DNA of 64,000 bases from Chloropicon primus. Lineage: Eukaryota. A model generated the notes under the pieces. The model had not been told where the DNA came from. It saw only the letters and a program-made list of their open reading frames with translations, and did not search any database. The stretch covers positions 186,001 to 250,000 of the forward strand of contig CP060762.1 in NCBI GenBank assembly GCA_023205875.1. The letters run 5' to 3'. The translations under genes were made by a program, and so were the position numbers. Shown here piece by piece: positions 54,669 through 64,000 of the stretch (positions are counted from its first letter, which is position 1; the number at the start of each line of letters is the position of its first letter).

Positions 54669-55661
54669 TTAGTAGATCTTGGGATTCAACTTTCTCAGGC
54701 CCCGGCCTCCTGCCTTCGTCGTCTCGAGCTTCGTCGGACTGTACAACTCTCGAACTCTCTCCCTGACCTCGGCAATCCCTTGGGTTCCTTGACCGTGGGT
54801 CTCCTCCCTCACCCAAATAGTGGCCGACCACTTTTCTCCCGAAATGACCGGGCAGCCCTCGTGCAGGGAGGCCATGTCCTTGTACACGCACGCGGGATCC
54901 AAGTCCCAGAACACCAAGGCATCCCCCTTCTTCGGCTTGATGCTGTTATCCTTCTTCATCCGTACTCCCTTTATGTACTGAGCCCATAACCGCTGGTAGG
55001 CAAGTGCGCCATCGCAGCGGGTTTCCTGGCTCTTCCTTTCGCTGTACTTGCTGTCAAAGTCAGGGTGAAGCTTGCCTGCAGGGAAGTTCGTCTCCCCGCC
55101 GGCTTCCACCTCCGAGAGGTACATCAGTATCGTGAGGGCTCTGTTGGGAGCGCCGTTCAAACGCTCGCGATCGTAGGCATCCAAGTGCGGCGTGTACTTC
55201 TCCGTTGGATTGTACCGGAGGACTTTCAGCGTCTCACCGTGAATGGCAGGGTATCCAACGAGTAAGGCCACCTTTTCCTGCACGGAGCCAATAACCTTGG
55301 TATGGTACCGGCCCAAACTCGCGGACCAGCTTGTCCTTCTCTTGTCAATCGTCACCGTTTTCCCAGAGTCCCCAGAGACTGCACTCCTGTCCAGGTTATC
55401 CCTGGCAAGCTCGATCATGTGGTCGGCCTCCCTGTCCGTCAACCAGTTGTGAACCACGAAAGCCCGAGGGGACCAGGACAAGACCTCCAACCACGTCTCG
55501 TTTGATGTGCCTTCTTGCCCGAGGGAAAGAGTCAATTGCTCCACCGCATAATTCCGGTTCCTCAGCTCTGGTGCTCGATACTCCTTCGGCATCCAGTAGT
55601 ACACGACGCAAACGGCGAGGGCGAGAAGGGCCATTCCCTTCACAGCTTGCCGTCGTAGCAT
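54669..55661 (-). CDS. Prolyl 4-hydroxylase (plant/algal type II membrane)
   Basis: LSWSPRAF, RTS, VLRY...Y.PHLD, TILMYLSEVEAGGETNFP, PKKGDALVFW, SLHEGCPVISGEKWSATIW. Confidence 0.92.
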   Translation of the reverse strand: MLRRQAVKGMALLALAVCVVYYWMPKEYRAPELRNRNYAVEQLTLSLGQEGTSNETWLEVLSWSPRAFVVHNWLTDREADHMIELARDNLDRSAVSGDSGKTVTIDKRRTSWSASLGRYHTKVIGSVQEKVALLVGYPAIHGETLKVLRYNPTEKYTPHLDAYDRERLNGAPNRALTILMYLSEVEAGGETNFPAGKLHPDFDSKYSERKSQETRCDGALAYQRLWAQYIKGVRMKKDNSIKPKKGDALVFWDLDPACVYKDMASLHEGCPVISGEKWSATIWVREETHGQGTQGIAEVRERVRELYSPTKLETTKAGGRGLRKLNPKIY

Positions 55662-57000
55662 AACGCTGCTGCTACTGGTGGTGGTGGTGGTGCTCCTGAT
55701 GATGATGTCCAAAGGAGTTTCGTCCAACAAACTGAAGCAGAGAACTGTTGTTGTCTCAAGGGCGGCTGGCGTGGGAACCGACGCTACGCTTCGAGGAAGA
55801 CCAAGTCCCTTGATCCATCGGCCCACTGGGCCGTCTCCTGCAAGGCAAACACAAGGGAGGGAGGGACAGAAGAGATGTCTCCTCTGGTGTCACACAAGCT
55901 TGCGTTGTCTCTTCACGACCAATGATGGCGCCAATGTGACCTTGTGAGGGCACAATCGAAAGCTCGTGAGATGAAGATTCGTCTGAGAACGCTCCGGTTC
56001 CATTCAGACCATCGCCTGACGCGCCAAGCGGTCCCAAACTCCTCCCCTTTTTCGCCTCTTCACTTGGGCAAAGTGAAGTCCAAGATCTTCATCTTGGGTG
56101 TAAAAACTCATCTTGGGTGCAAACCCTCGTCCAGAGCGGCCGATGGCGTCGTCCTCGGGCCACGCTCTTTCCAAAGATGGCGCCTTTGCCCCGTTCCGCT
56201 TCGCGCCCTCGCCTCGTCGTTCTTCTCCTTCATCCAGCCTCGTGGTGTAGAGAGCACGGGAGGTTAAGTCTGAGAGGACGAGGCTACCTTGCGACCTCCT
56301 CAGGATTAAGATTAGGTGTACTCGATGATGTGCACTGCTATGCTTTTTGGCCTCCCTCGCCTCGTCCACCATCATCAGGAATGATTCATCACTCCTCCTC
56401 CTCCTCCTCCTCCTCCCCAAATTATTGTCAAGTGAAAGACACAGAGCACGGCTCTGTTGGAAAGAGAGAGAGAGAGAGCATGGCACGATCGATGCCCCCA
56501 TCCCGCCGCGCCTCCCCTCGCTCCTCGGCATCCTCCCCCTTCCTTCTCTACCATTCACCTCGCCACCTCGCCGAAACCCAAAACGGAACAGGCCTCTGGC
56601 CTGAGCTCTACAAGAGTGGGGAGGGAGTGGAGTCACCGCTTTCTTTCATGGAGACGCAACAAGTACACCACAACATTAGCATATTACAAGAATGGATGAG
56701 AATGCATATCGTTTCTGGGGGACCACGGCGAAGCAAAGGTGGCGATGGTGGCTTGTTCTCCCTTCCCTGTCCTCCTCCTTCTTCCCGTTCGCGTCACACA
56801 CTGTTTGGTCCCATAGGGTTTTTCCCTTGGAAGACAAAGAAAGAGAGAGAAAGAAAGAAAGAAAGAGATCATGGCACGATCAATGCTTCCATCCCGCCGC
56901 TCCTCCCCTTGCCATTGCCCTCCCTCCTCGGACATCCTCTCCTTTCCTCCCTCCCTTCGAGGTTTACACTGGTTGGCGACCCGTAGGGTTTTGGTTTTGC

Positions 57001-57036
<36 letters not shown>

Positions 57037-57086
57037 GGCGCTGACGGTTTGAGAGGAGAGAGAGAGAGAGGCGAGGCGAGGAGAGA

Positions 57087-58069
57087 ATGATGTGGGCACT
57101 GAGAGCGGTGGCGAGTCAGCTGACGCGTGCGCAAAGCACCGGCGTGGCGGCGACGTATTTGAGGAACGTGAGGACACTCGGTGGTGGAATGAACCCCTTT
57201 TTGAGGAGGAATTATAGTGACGAGGCTAAGGACGCGAGTGCATCGGAGGCGTCCAAGGAGGCGTTCTTGAAGAAGTGGGCGGAGGTTGCGCCCTCGACGC
57301 TCGACCCACCAAGCTTTGCATCCGAATTCGCGGCAAAGAGCGAGAAACCTGCGGACGGGGCTCCAGTACCTAGCAAGCTCACCTTCAACTTTTACCTTCC
57401 TCACGAGAAGCCATACAGGTGAGTGGAGAGTCCTCCTCCTCCTCGAATGCATGCGGAGGAGATTCATGTGCATGCATTCGCTCGAACAGAATTGCAATTC
57501 GGGATGTCCCAAACTCCTCCTCCTCCTCCTCCTCCCGTGGGCGGCGATGCAAGAAGTGCATTGTTGGCGAAAAGTTCTTCGCACCCCCCCAGTGGTCAAA
57601 GGTCTCAAACGTGTTTTTCTGACTCCTTTCCTTCCTCTCTCTCTCCCCGTGTGCGTGTATGTGTGTACGTTCTCCTCCTCCTCCTCCTCGCCCCAGTGCC
57701 GCCGAGGTCGACATGGTCCTCGTTCCAGCTGTGACGGGAGACTTTGGTGTGATGCCCGGGCACGTCCCCACGGCAGCGCAGCTCAGGCCAGGTGTTCTGA
57801 CTGTGCAGGAGGACGAGGGAACAAGCAAGAAGTTCTTTGTATCCAGCGGATTCGCTTTCGTTCACGCTGACAGCACCGCCGACGTCTGCGCCGTCGAGGC
57901 CTTCCCTGTCGAGGACTTGGATGCCGCGACCGTCGAGGCGGGACTCGCGGACTACACTGCCAAGCTGGCCAGCGCCACCTCTGGCGGGGACGATTACGAG
58001 GCCGCTGCTGCTCAGATTGGCGTAGAGGTCTACTCTGCTATGAACGCGGCGATCACGGACAGCAAGTAA
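57087..58069 (+). CDS. Mitochondrial ATP synthase F1 delta subunit; exons 57087-57418 and 57697-58069
   Basis: [45 protein letters not shown]; presequence. Confidence 0.95.
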
Positions 58070-58197
58070 AAACAATACGATATATTAAATCATCCAAAAT
58101 ACATTCTTATGTATGTATCCTTTTTGCCCATCGCGGTGTTGCTGGGGCACTTTCCCTCCGCGCGCAGAGAGAAAAACTTTACTTAACGTCGGCCAAC

Positions 58198-59814
58198 CTA
58201 ACTGAGGTGGAGGATCATCTTGTCCGGCGACTCCAAGTATGACTTCCACACCTTGCAGAAGGAAGCGAGGGTGGCGCCGTCCACGACTCTGTGGTCAGCG
58301 CTCCAGCTCAAGGGCATGATCGGTGTCTTCTTCAACACGTCGCCGTCGCCCTCGAATCGGGGCAGGTTCTGGGCCCTCCCCAGGGCCACGATGGCCACCT
58401 CTGGCACGTGGACGACAGGAGAGGCGTACGTCCCGGCGATGGTGCCGATGTTGGACACCGTGATCGTGCCCCCGCTGATGTCCTCGGGGGACAAGTGATT
58501 CGACTGGGCGAGGACTTGCAGCCTGAAGAGCTCCAGGGCGATGTCCATGACGCTCTTCTTCGCAACGTTTTTCACGTTGGGTACCACGAGACCAAAAGGG
58601 GTGTTCATGGCGCACCCGATGTTGTGTTGGGCGTGCTGCACGATGGCCTTGGCCCCCTCGTCCACGCTGCTGTTCATCACGGGGAAGTCTTCCAGGGCCA
58701 GGGACAGAGCCTTGAGCAAGAAGGGCATCATCGTGAGCTTCGCCTGAGAGTAATCTACCGCGACGGGGTGGGAGTGCCCGTCCTGCCTCTTGCTCAGAGA
58801 GGTGTCATTGGCCAGCTTCCTTTCGAACTCGGGCTTGCAGACCTTCCTGAGCTGCATCAGGTTTTCCACGTTCAGCTCCTCGTGGAAGCCGAAGTGCGGG
58901 ACGTCCAGAGTCTTCTGCATCGAGTAGAACATGGCCCTCGTGTACCCCTTGAGAGGCACGATGACATCCTCCGCAGCGGCTTCCGTCGCCGGCGCCGCCT
59001 TCGCTCCCTGGGCAGGTTTGGACATGCCCACAGGCTCCGCACCAGCCTTGCCGTGCGCCACCACGTCCTCTTTCAGTATCCTTCCCTTGGGCCCAGTCCC
59101 TTGGACCTGGGCCAGGTCTATGTTGTGTTCCCTGGCCACCCTTCTCACGGCGGGGGACGCCAGCACCGGGCCGGACCTGCCGGCAGCCGGGGAGGCCGCC
59201 GCCTCCGCTGGCTTGGCCGACGTCGACTCCGGCTCCGCCGCCGACGCTTCCGCCTCGATCGCTCCGCTGCCGCCTCCGGACGCCTCCTCCTCGTGCTCCT
59301 CTCCGTCGGACTCCACTTCGATCTCCACCAGGGTGGCGCCGACCTCCGCGATGTCGCCGGGCTCGAAGCAGATGGACTTGATGACCCCCGAGTGCCTGCT
59401 CGTGATCTCTATGTTCGCCTTGTCCGACTGCACCTCGCAGATCGGCTCGAATTGCTCCACCGTGTCGCCCACCGCAACGAACCACTTGATGATCTCGCAC
59501 TCGGCTATGCCCTCCCCCGTCTGCGCCAGCGGGAAGGGGATCACCCTCTTGCTTCCAGCGGAGGACAACGCCCTCCCGGGCAGTCGGGAGAACCCAACGC
59601 CTCCGTTGCTGATTCCTGAGTCGTTACAGCCTCTCGCCCGATCCAGGGAGCCGACCCTTCCGCGCGTCACGGTCCACAACAACCTTCCTTGCTGGTGCCC
59701 GGACACTCCACCGCCCCCGGCTTCCAACACCAAGGCTTGCTTGCTTTCCTGGACGAGCGTCCACCGCCTCGCGCACACCCTCGCGATTCCACCGACGTTT
59801 CTCAAGCTCCTCAT
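58198..59814 (-). CDS. DBT: Branched-chain 2-oxoacid dehydrogenase E2 (dihydrolipoyl transacylase)
   Basis: FPLAQTGEGIAECE, lipoyl EVQSDKA, LASPAVRR, GTGPKGRILKED, WSADHRVVDGA. Confidence 0.95.
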   Translation of the reverse strand: MRSLRNVGGIARVCARRWTLVQESKQALVLEAGGGGVSGHQQGRLLWTVTRGRVGSLDRARGCNDSGISNGGVGFSRLPGRALSSAGSKRVIPFPLAQTGEGIAECEIIKWFVAVGDTVEQFEPICEVQSDKANIEITSRHSGVIKSICFEPGDIAEVGATLVEIEVESDGEEHEEEASGGGSGAIEAEASAAEPESTSAKPAEAAASPAAGRSGPVLASPAVRRVAREHNIDLAQVQGTGPKGRILKEDVVAHGKAGAEPVGMSKPAQGAKAAPATEAAAEDVIVPLKGYTRAMFYSMQKTLDVPHFGFHEELNVENLMQLRKVCKPEFERKLANDTSLSKRQDGHSHPVAVDYSQAKLTMMPFLLKALSLALEDFPVMNSSVDEGAKAIVQHAQHNIGCAMNTPFGLVVPNVKNVAKKSVMDIALELFRLQVLAQSNHLSPEDISGGTITVSNIGTIAGTYASPVVHVPEVAIVALGRAQNLPRFEGDGDVLKKTPIMPLSWSADHRVVDGATLASFCKVWKSYLESPDKMILHLS

Positions 59815-60832
59815 TCTCGCCGCCGCTCTGGTCACTCCACGACGCCCTCTCTCTATCCCTCTCCTCTCCCTCTCACCCGCCTGGCCTCGAACCTCCCTGC
59901 TGCTTCAAACCCAATGGAATGGAATGGAATGGTCCGCAACAACCAATGCCTCAAACACGGCAAGCGACCCGTCGATTGAAAGATCTCGAGACAAGATTTA
60001 ACTTGACGCGACTCTCTTCCCCTTCCCGTTCGGTTCCCGTTCCCACCTTGGCCCGTATTGCGTCTACCTCTTCGTCTAGCGGACCTTCCTCTGCAAACCA
60101 ATTTCCTCTCTCTCCCGTCAAAGGATTCGAACCCCGGCACCAAATGTTTCAACCAAGAGCTCTTTCGAAAGATCTTGACAAAAGCTTTCTTTCTATTCAA
60201 ACCCTTACCACTTCCTGCGCACCTTTAGTGACTCAAACCACCGTCGAAAGTCACTCACTCCCCTTCGCACAGAACCGCGAGCCGTCGACTGGTGCTGACG
60301 ACGCAAACACCGTGGCACCTTTTTGAAATGTACGAGTATTACTCTTACATTTGAAATGCAAAGGAGGGAGGAGGAGAGAGGATCAGATTGGATAAGGGGA
60401 CGGCTTCTTCGGGAAACCAATAAGGTGAAAGGGTAAGTTTTGTGACGAGGTGTGCGACTGTAGGGGAAGGGAAAGGGTTGTGGAGAGGTTTAGAAAATAT
60501 TGTGAGGTTGTGATCTTTCGAATGACCCCTTGGTTGAAAGATTTGGTGGTCTGGTGTGGATGGGAGGACTGAAACGGGAAGCGTTGCCTTTGTCTTGATG
60601 TTTGCAGGTTTGCCTCAAGGTAAGTCAGGGGCGAGGCATGGGGCGAGGGCGAGGTCAGGAGGAAAGGCGCGCGTCGCGGTTAGAAGATTTGCCTCTTCAC
60701 CTTTCGTTTGGACTCTCTCCTGGCCGCTCTTCGCCTTTCGTTCGGTCTCTCACTCTGTTGCGAGGATCGGAGGGCTCATCCTTGTTTGGAGAGCCCGTCA
60801 CTCTCTCCTTGAGGCTGGTGCTCTCGCGAGGA

Positions 60833-60874
<42 letters not shown>

Positions 60875-61036
60875 TGCACTTGGTGCCGGGCCCTCTCGGG
60901 CAAAACCTTTCTTATTGACACGCCGGCTCTTTCCATCTCGTCGTCGTCATCTTGTCGTCGTCATCGTCGCAGTGAGCTCTCCACCCGGTATTCTTTCTTG
61001 TGTGCTTTTGCGTGTTTTTTTTTTCAAGATCAGGCC

Positions 61037-61921
61037 ATGGCCGCGAGCCTTCGTCCCACGGGGACGCTTCGTCGCGGCGTGAGAGGAGGCGCCGCCAGAG
61101 CGGTGAGCGGGAGGTGCCTGGGGAGATCGCAGGCAAGCGAAGCGGCGAGGAGGTTGGAGAGATCGCGGGTCTCGCGCAGCGGTGCGAACAAGTTCCAGCA
61201 ATCGGCTCGGGAAAGGAGCTTGGCCGCGAGAGCGAGCTCCAAGTACGTCTTCGACCCAGACAACTCGAGCATCCTCGTGGCGGGCGGCGGCGGAGTCGGA
61301 ATCATGGTCACCCGCATGCTGAAGGATATGGGCGCCTGGGTTTGGATGCTCCAGAGGACGGACGAGCGGAGGGCAGACATCGAGAAGATGATGGCCATCG
61401 TGATCAACGGCGACGCCAGGAACGACGACGACGTTTCTAGGGTCTTCGAGGAGATCGACGACCTGGACGCGGTGGTGTCCACGATAGGAGGCTCGCCAGC
61501 GGACCCCTCGAGCGACAGCGTGGGGAACATCAACCTGATAGAAGCGGCCGCGGCGAAGGGAGTCAAGCGGTTTGTCCTCGTGACCTCGATCGGCACGGGG
61601 AGCTCCAGGGACGCCCCGCCCTCCCAGGTCTACGACGTGCTCAAGCCATGCCTCGTGGAGAAGGAGAAGGCGGAGGAGAGGCTCAAGGAGCTCAGCGAGA
61701 AGATGGAGTTCATCATCATCAGGCCTGGAGGGCTCAAATCGGAGCCCAAAACTGGAAACGGCGTGCTGACGAAGGACACCACCGTCTGCGGCCCCATCCA
61801 CAGGGAAGACGTCGCGAGCTTGGTGTGCAAGTGCCTCTTTTCTCCGGATTCCGCCAACCAAGTCTACTCTGCGGTAGACAAGGAGCAGACCCAGGCAGAG
61901 TTCGAGACCGTGGACTTGTAG
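61037..61921 (+). CDS. Atypical SDR / NAD(P)-binding Rossmann protein, probably plastid-targeted
   Basis: R/S/A-rich transit peptide; ILVAGGGGVG, GVKRFVLVTSIG, K.KAEE.L, IIRPGGL, IHREDVA. Confidence 0.85.
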   Translation: MAASLRPTGTLRRGVRGGAARAVSGRCLGRSQASEAARRLERSRVSRSGANKFQQSARERSLAARASSKYVFDPDNSSILVAGGGGVGIMVTRMLKDMGAWVWMLQRTDERRADIEKMMAIVINGDARNDDDVSRVFEEIDDLDAVVSTIGGSPADPSSDSVGNINLIEAAAAKGVKRFVLVTSIGTGSSRDAPPSQVYDVLKPCLVEKEKAEERLKELSEKMEFIIIRPGGLKSEPKTGNGVLTKDTTVCGPIHREDVASLVCKCLFSPDSANQVYSAVDKEQTQAEFETVDL

Positions 61922-62003
61922 TAGTTGCGCGTGTACCGGGACCCCTCGAAGCAACGGCACCCGCGCGCGAGGGTAAAGAGACAAATAATTTGTAAATACA
62001 TTT

Positions 62004-62607
62004 TTACTCGGCCTCGGGCTGATCCTTGCTCTGGTCGTCCTCGCTGGCCTTCTCGGCGGCTTCCTCCCTCGCGGCGAGAGACTCTTCTTCCGCTTGGAGC
62101 ATGATGCCATAATACTCTGCATTCTCCTCCATGCATTCCTTCAAAAGCTTCGTCTGATTCAGGCAGTTCTCAACGAAATCCCCGCCTTCCTTGTCCCTGC
62201 AAGAGTCGACGCACTCCTCCCATGCCACGAACACGTCCTTGCACGCCCCTCCCTTCATGAACTTGCAGAAGCCACAAGTCTCCTCCTCCTCCTCCTCCTC
62301 CTCCTGAAAAAGAAAAGAATGAAATATGTCAGTGAGACGATTCCCGGCATCACGGATCCCCAACCCCTTTGGTCGCACGCCTCTCGAGCGATGCCAAACA
62401 CGTACGTACCTCTCCCTCTCCCTCTCCTCCTCCTTCCTTGTGCTCCACACTTTTTCCCGTCGTTGGAGTTGCTTCCCTCTCATCGCCAGCCTTCGTCGAG
62501 GTGGCGTCGGCATCGACATCGTCGTCGGTGCGAGGTGCTTCCCTCCCCGATGCCTCCCTCGCGTCGTCGTCCCCCTCCTTGGCCTTGCTCCTGGCCATCC
62601 CCTCCAT
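62004..62607 (-). CDS. GCK-domain (twin-Cys) protein; exons 62607-62410 and 62303-62004
   Basis: CGFCKFMKGGACKDVFVAWEECV...C...T..LKECM..NAEYY. Confidence 0.85.
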
Positions 62608-62783
62608 GGCGGCTCACCAGCAGATCTGATCAGATCGCAAAATGGAGGAAGAGGATGAGCGCAAGGGGCTTGAGGTGAGGGGATGATGATCATGCGTGGA
62701 GCAAGGACATTGTTCTCTGTCTGTCTGTCTCTGTGTCACTTGGTCTCTCTCTCCGTCTCATCGGACTTGCTGCAGTCTCCTTT

Positions 62784-62822
<39 letters not shown>

Positions 62823-62872
62823 TCCTCGCGAGAGCATCTAATCTGTGTTACAAGCCTGATCCGTTTTTCTCT

Positions 62873-63925
62873 CTAAAAGTAAGAGTTCCAACTTTTTTCA
62901 GTCGCTGCCTTCTCCTTTTCGGTCTCCTTTGAGCAAAGGAGCTGTATGTGAACGCTCGAGGCGAGGACGGGCATCTGTGAAGTGCGTTCTCTTTCCTTCC
63001 TTGCCTTCTTCTCAAACTTGATGGTCTCGTTCTGCTGGCACGCCAAGTACAGCACCCGCTGGAGAAGCTGGTTCGACCCGCAGCCAGCGAGGGAGAAGAT
63101 GTTTGGGTTCTGAAACGGGTACTCTGGCTGAAGGGGGTTCCCATTCGTGTCGTGCTTGTTGTTGTACCTCGCCGCCCTGTAATCGGTCCTGCTCGCTTGG
63201 GTTGGCAAAGATAACCGCCTCGCCTTGCTCCAAGCCTTCTTGGCTGAGAAAGACGTGTCCACCTGAGCCACGGACGCACTCCTCTCCCGGAATAATCCAG
63301 ACCCATCCACACTTTCCGGTCGCTTCCTTTCCTTCTTGCTCTTCTTGGGCTTCTTCCCCGTGGTCTCGAACTCCTGGAGCGTCTTGGCCTCCTTCATCAG
63401 GGCCCCGAAGTTGTAGACGCCAGTAGAGTGCCCGCTTCCGCCGGTGATGCCGTTGGCACCGTCCCCCCCGGGAGCATCGACCTTCTTCCTCTCCCGCGTC
63501 CTCTCTTTCCTCTCCTTCGAGGCCTGCCTGCCGTTCCTTTGAAGTAGCTTCGAGGCCGGGGCGCCACCGCGCGTCGCCGCCGCCGTCGTCGTCGTGGAAT
63601 TCAGGCCGTTCCCACCGATTCGCTTCTTCTTCGAGGCCTCTGCCCTGTTAGATCCGTGGCCCCTTGCCGAGGACGATGTCACACTCTTCTTCTCCAGCAG
63701 CATGGCTTCCCTCTTGTTGTGTTCCCCTTCCCACAAGTCCTGCTGGTATAGCTCCAGGCACTCAATAATCTTGGGCTCTGACCTCACCGCCTCCCGGTAC
63801 GCCACGTGCTCGACAATCCGCCGCATTAGCTTCTCCACATACGTCCTGTTCTCCTGTGCACTCTCACCCTTCCTCCCTAAGGACTTGAGACTCTTCGTGA
63901 GCCCCTTCCCTTCCCTCTTGCTCAT
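62873..63925 (-). CDS. Hypothetical basic low-complexity protein
   Basis: 350-aa ORF from ATG with coding-like composition; no family recognised; 3' end could be spliced. Confidence 0.55.
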   Translation of the reverse strand: MSKREGKGLTKSLKSLGRKGESAQENRTYVEKLMRRIVEHVAYREAVRSEPKIIECLELYQQDLWEGEHNKREAMLLEKKSVTSSSARGHGSNRAEASKKKRIGGNGLNSTTTTAAATRGGAPASKLLQRNGRQASKERKERTRERKKVDAPGGDGANGITGGSGHSTGVYNFGALMKEAKTLQEFETTGKKPKKSKKERKRPESVDGSGLFRERSASVAQVDTSFSAKKAWSKARRLSLPTQASRTDYRAARYNNKHDTNGNPLQPEYPFQNPNIFSLAGCGSNQLLQRVLYLACQQNETIKFEKKARKERERTSQMPVLASSVHIQLLCSKETEKEKAATEKSWNSYF

Positions 63926-64000
63926 CTTGGCCTTATCCTTTCCACAAAATCAATCCTATCAACCAACAGCAACCAACTAAGCGAACGTTCGTCGTCTAAA

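Overview
Gene-dense eukaryotic nuclear DNA with short GT-AG introns, (GA)n/(CT)n microsatellites, telo-boxes and plant-type genes (TOM9, plastid NFU, peroxisomal MFP). This fits a compact-genome green picoalga, Chloropicon-like by inference. The window holds about 33 protein genes, mostly housekeeping (RPS23, eIF4B-like, TAD2, KDM4-like, TXNDC9, MFP, CaM-KMT, KXD1, EHD, SDHAF3, TOM9, NFU, P4H, ATP synthase delta, BCKDH E2), plus one solitary 5S rRNA gene. The most notable stretch is 37-49.4 kb. It contains a ~2,770-aa surface receptor-like gene (FN3, 14 FG-GAP blades, IPT, ~11 Cys-rich repeats, ~9 TM), then a secreted His-brace LPMO with two CBM1-like modules, then a GH45 endoglucanase with three modules of the same CBM variant: a candidate oxidative plus hydrolytic glucan-remodelling cluster. 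Other signals are a recurrent intergenic palindrome TCTTTCGAAAGA / CTTTCGATYGATACC motif, a 225-bp near-identical duplicated promoter segment, a candidate bicistronic PH/TAD2 pair, a candidate structured ncRNA and several unusual domain architectures. All family calls come from manual motif recognition, not database searches.
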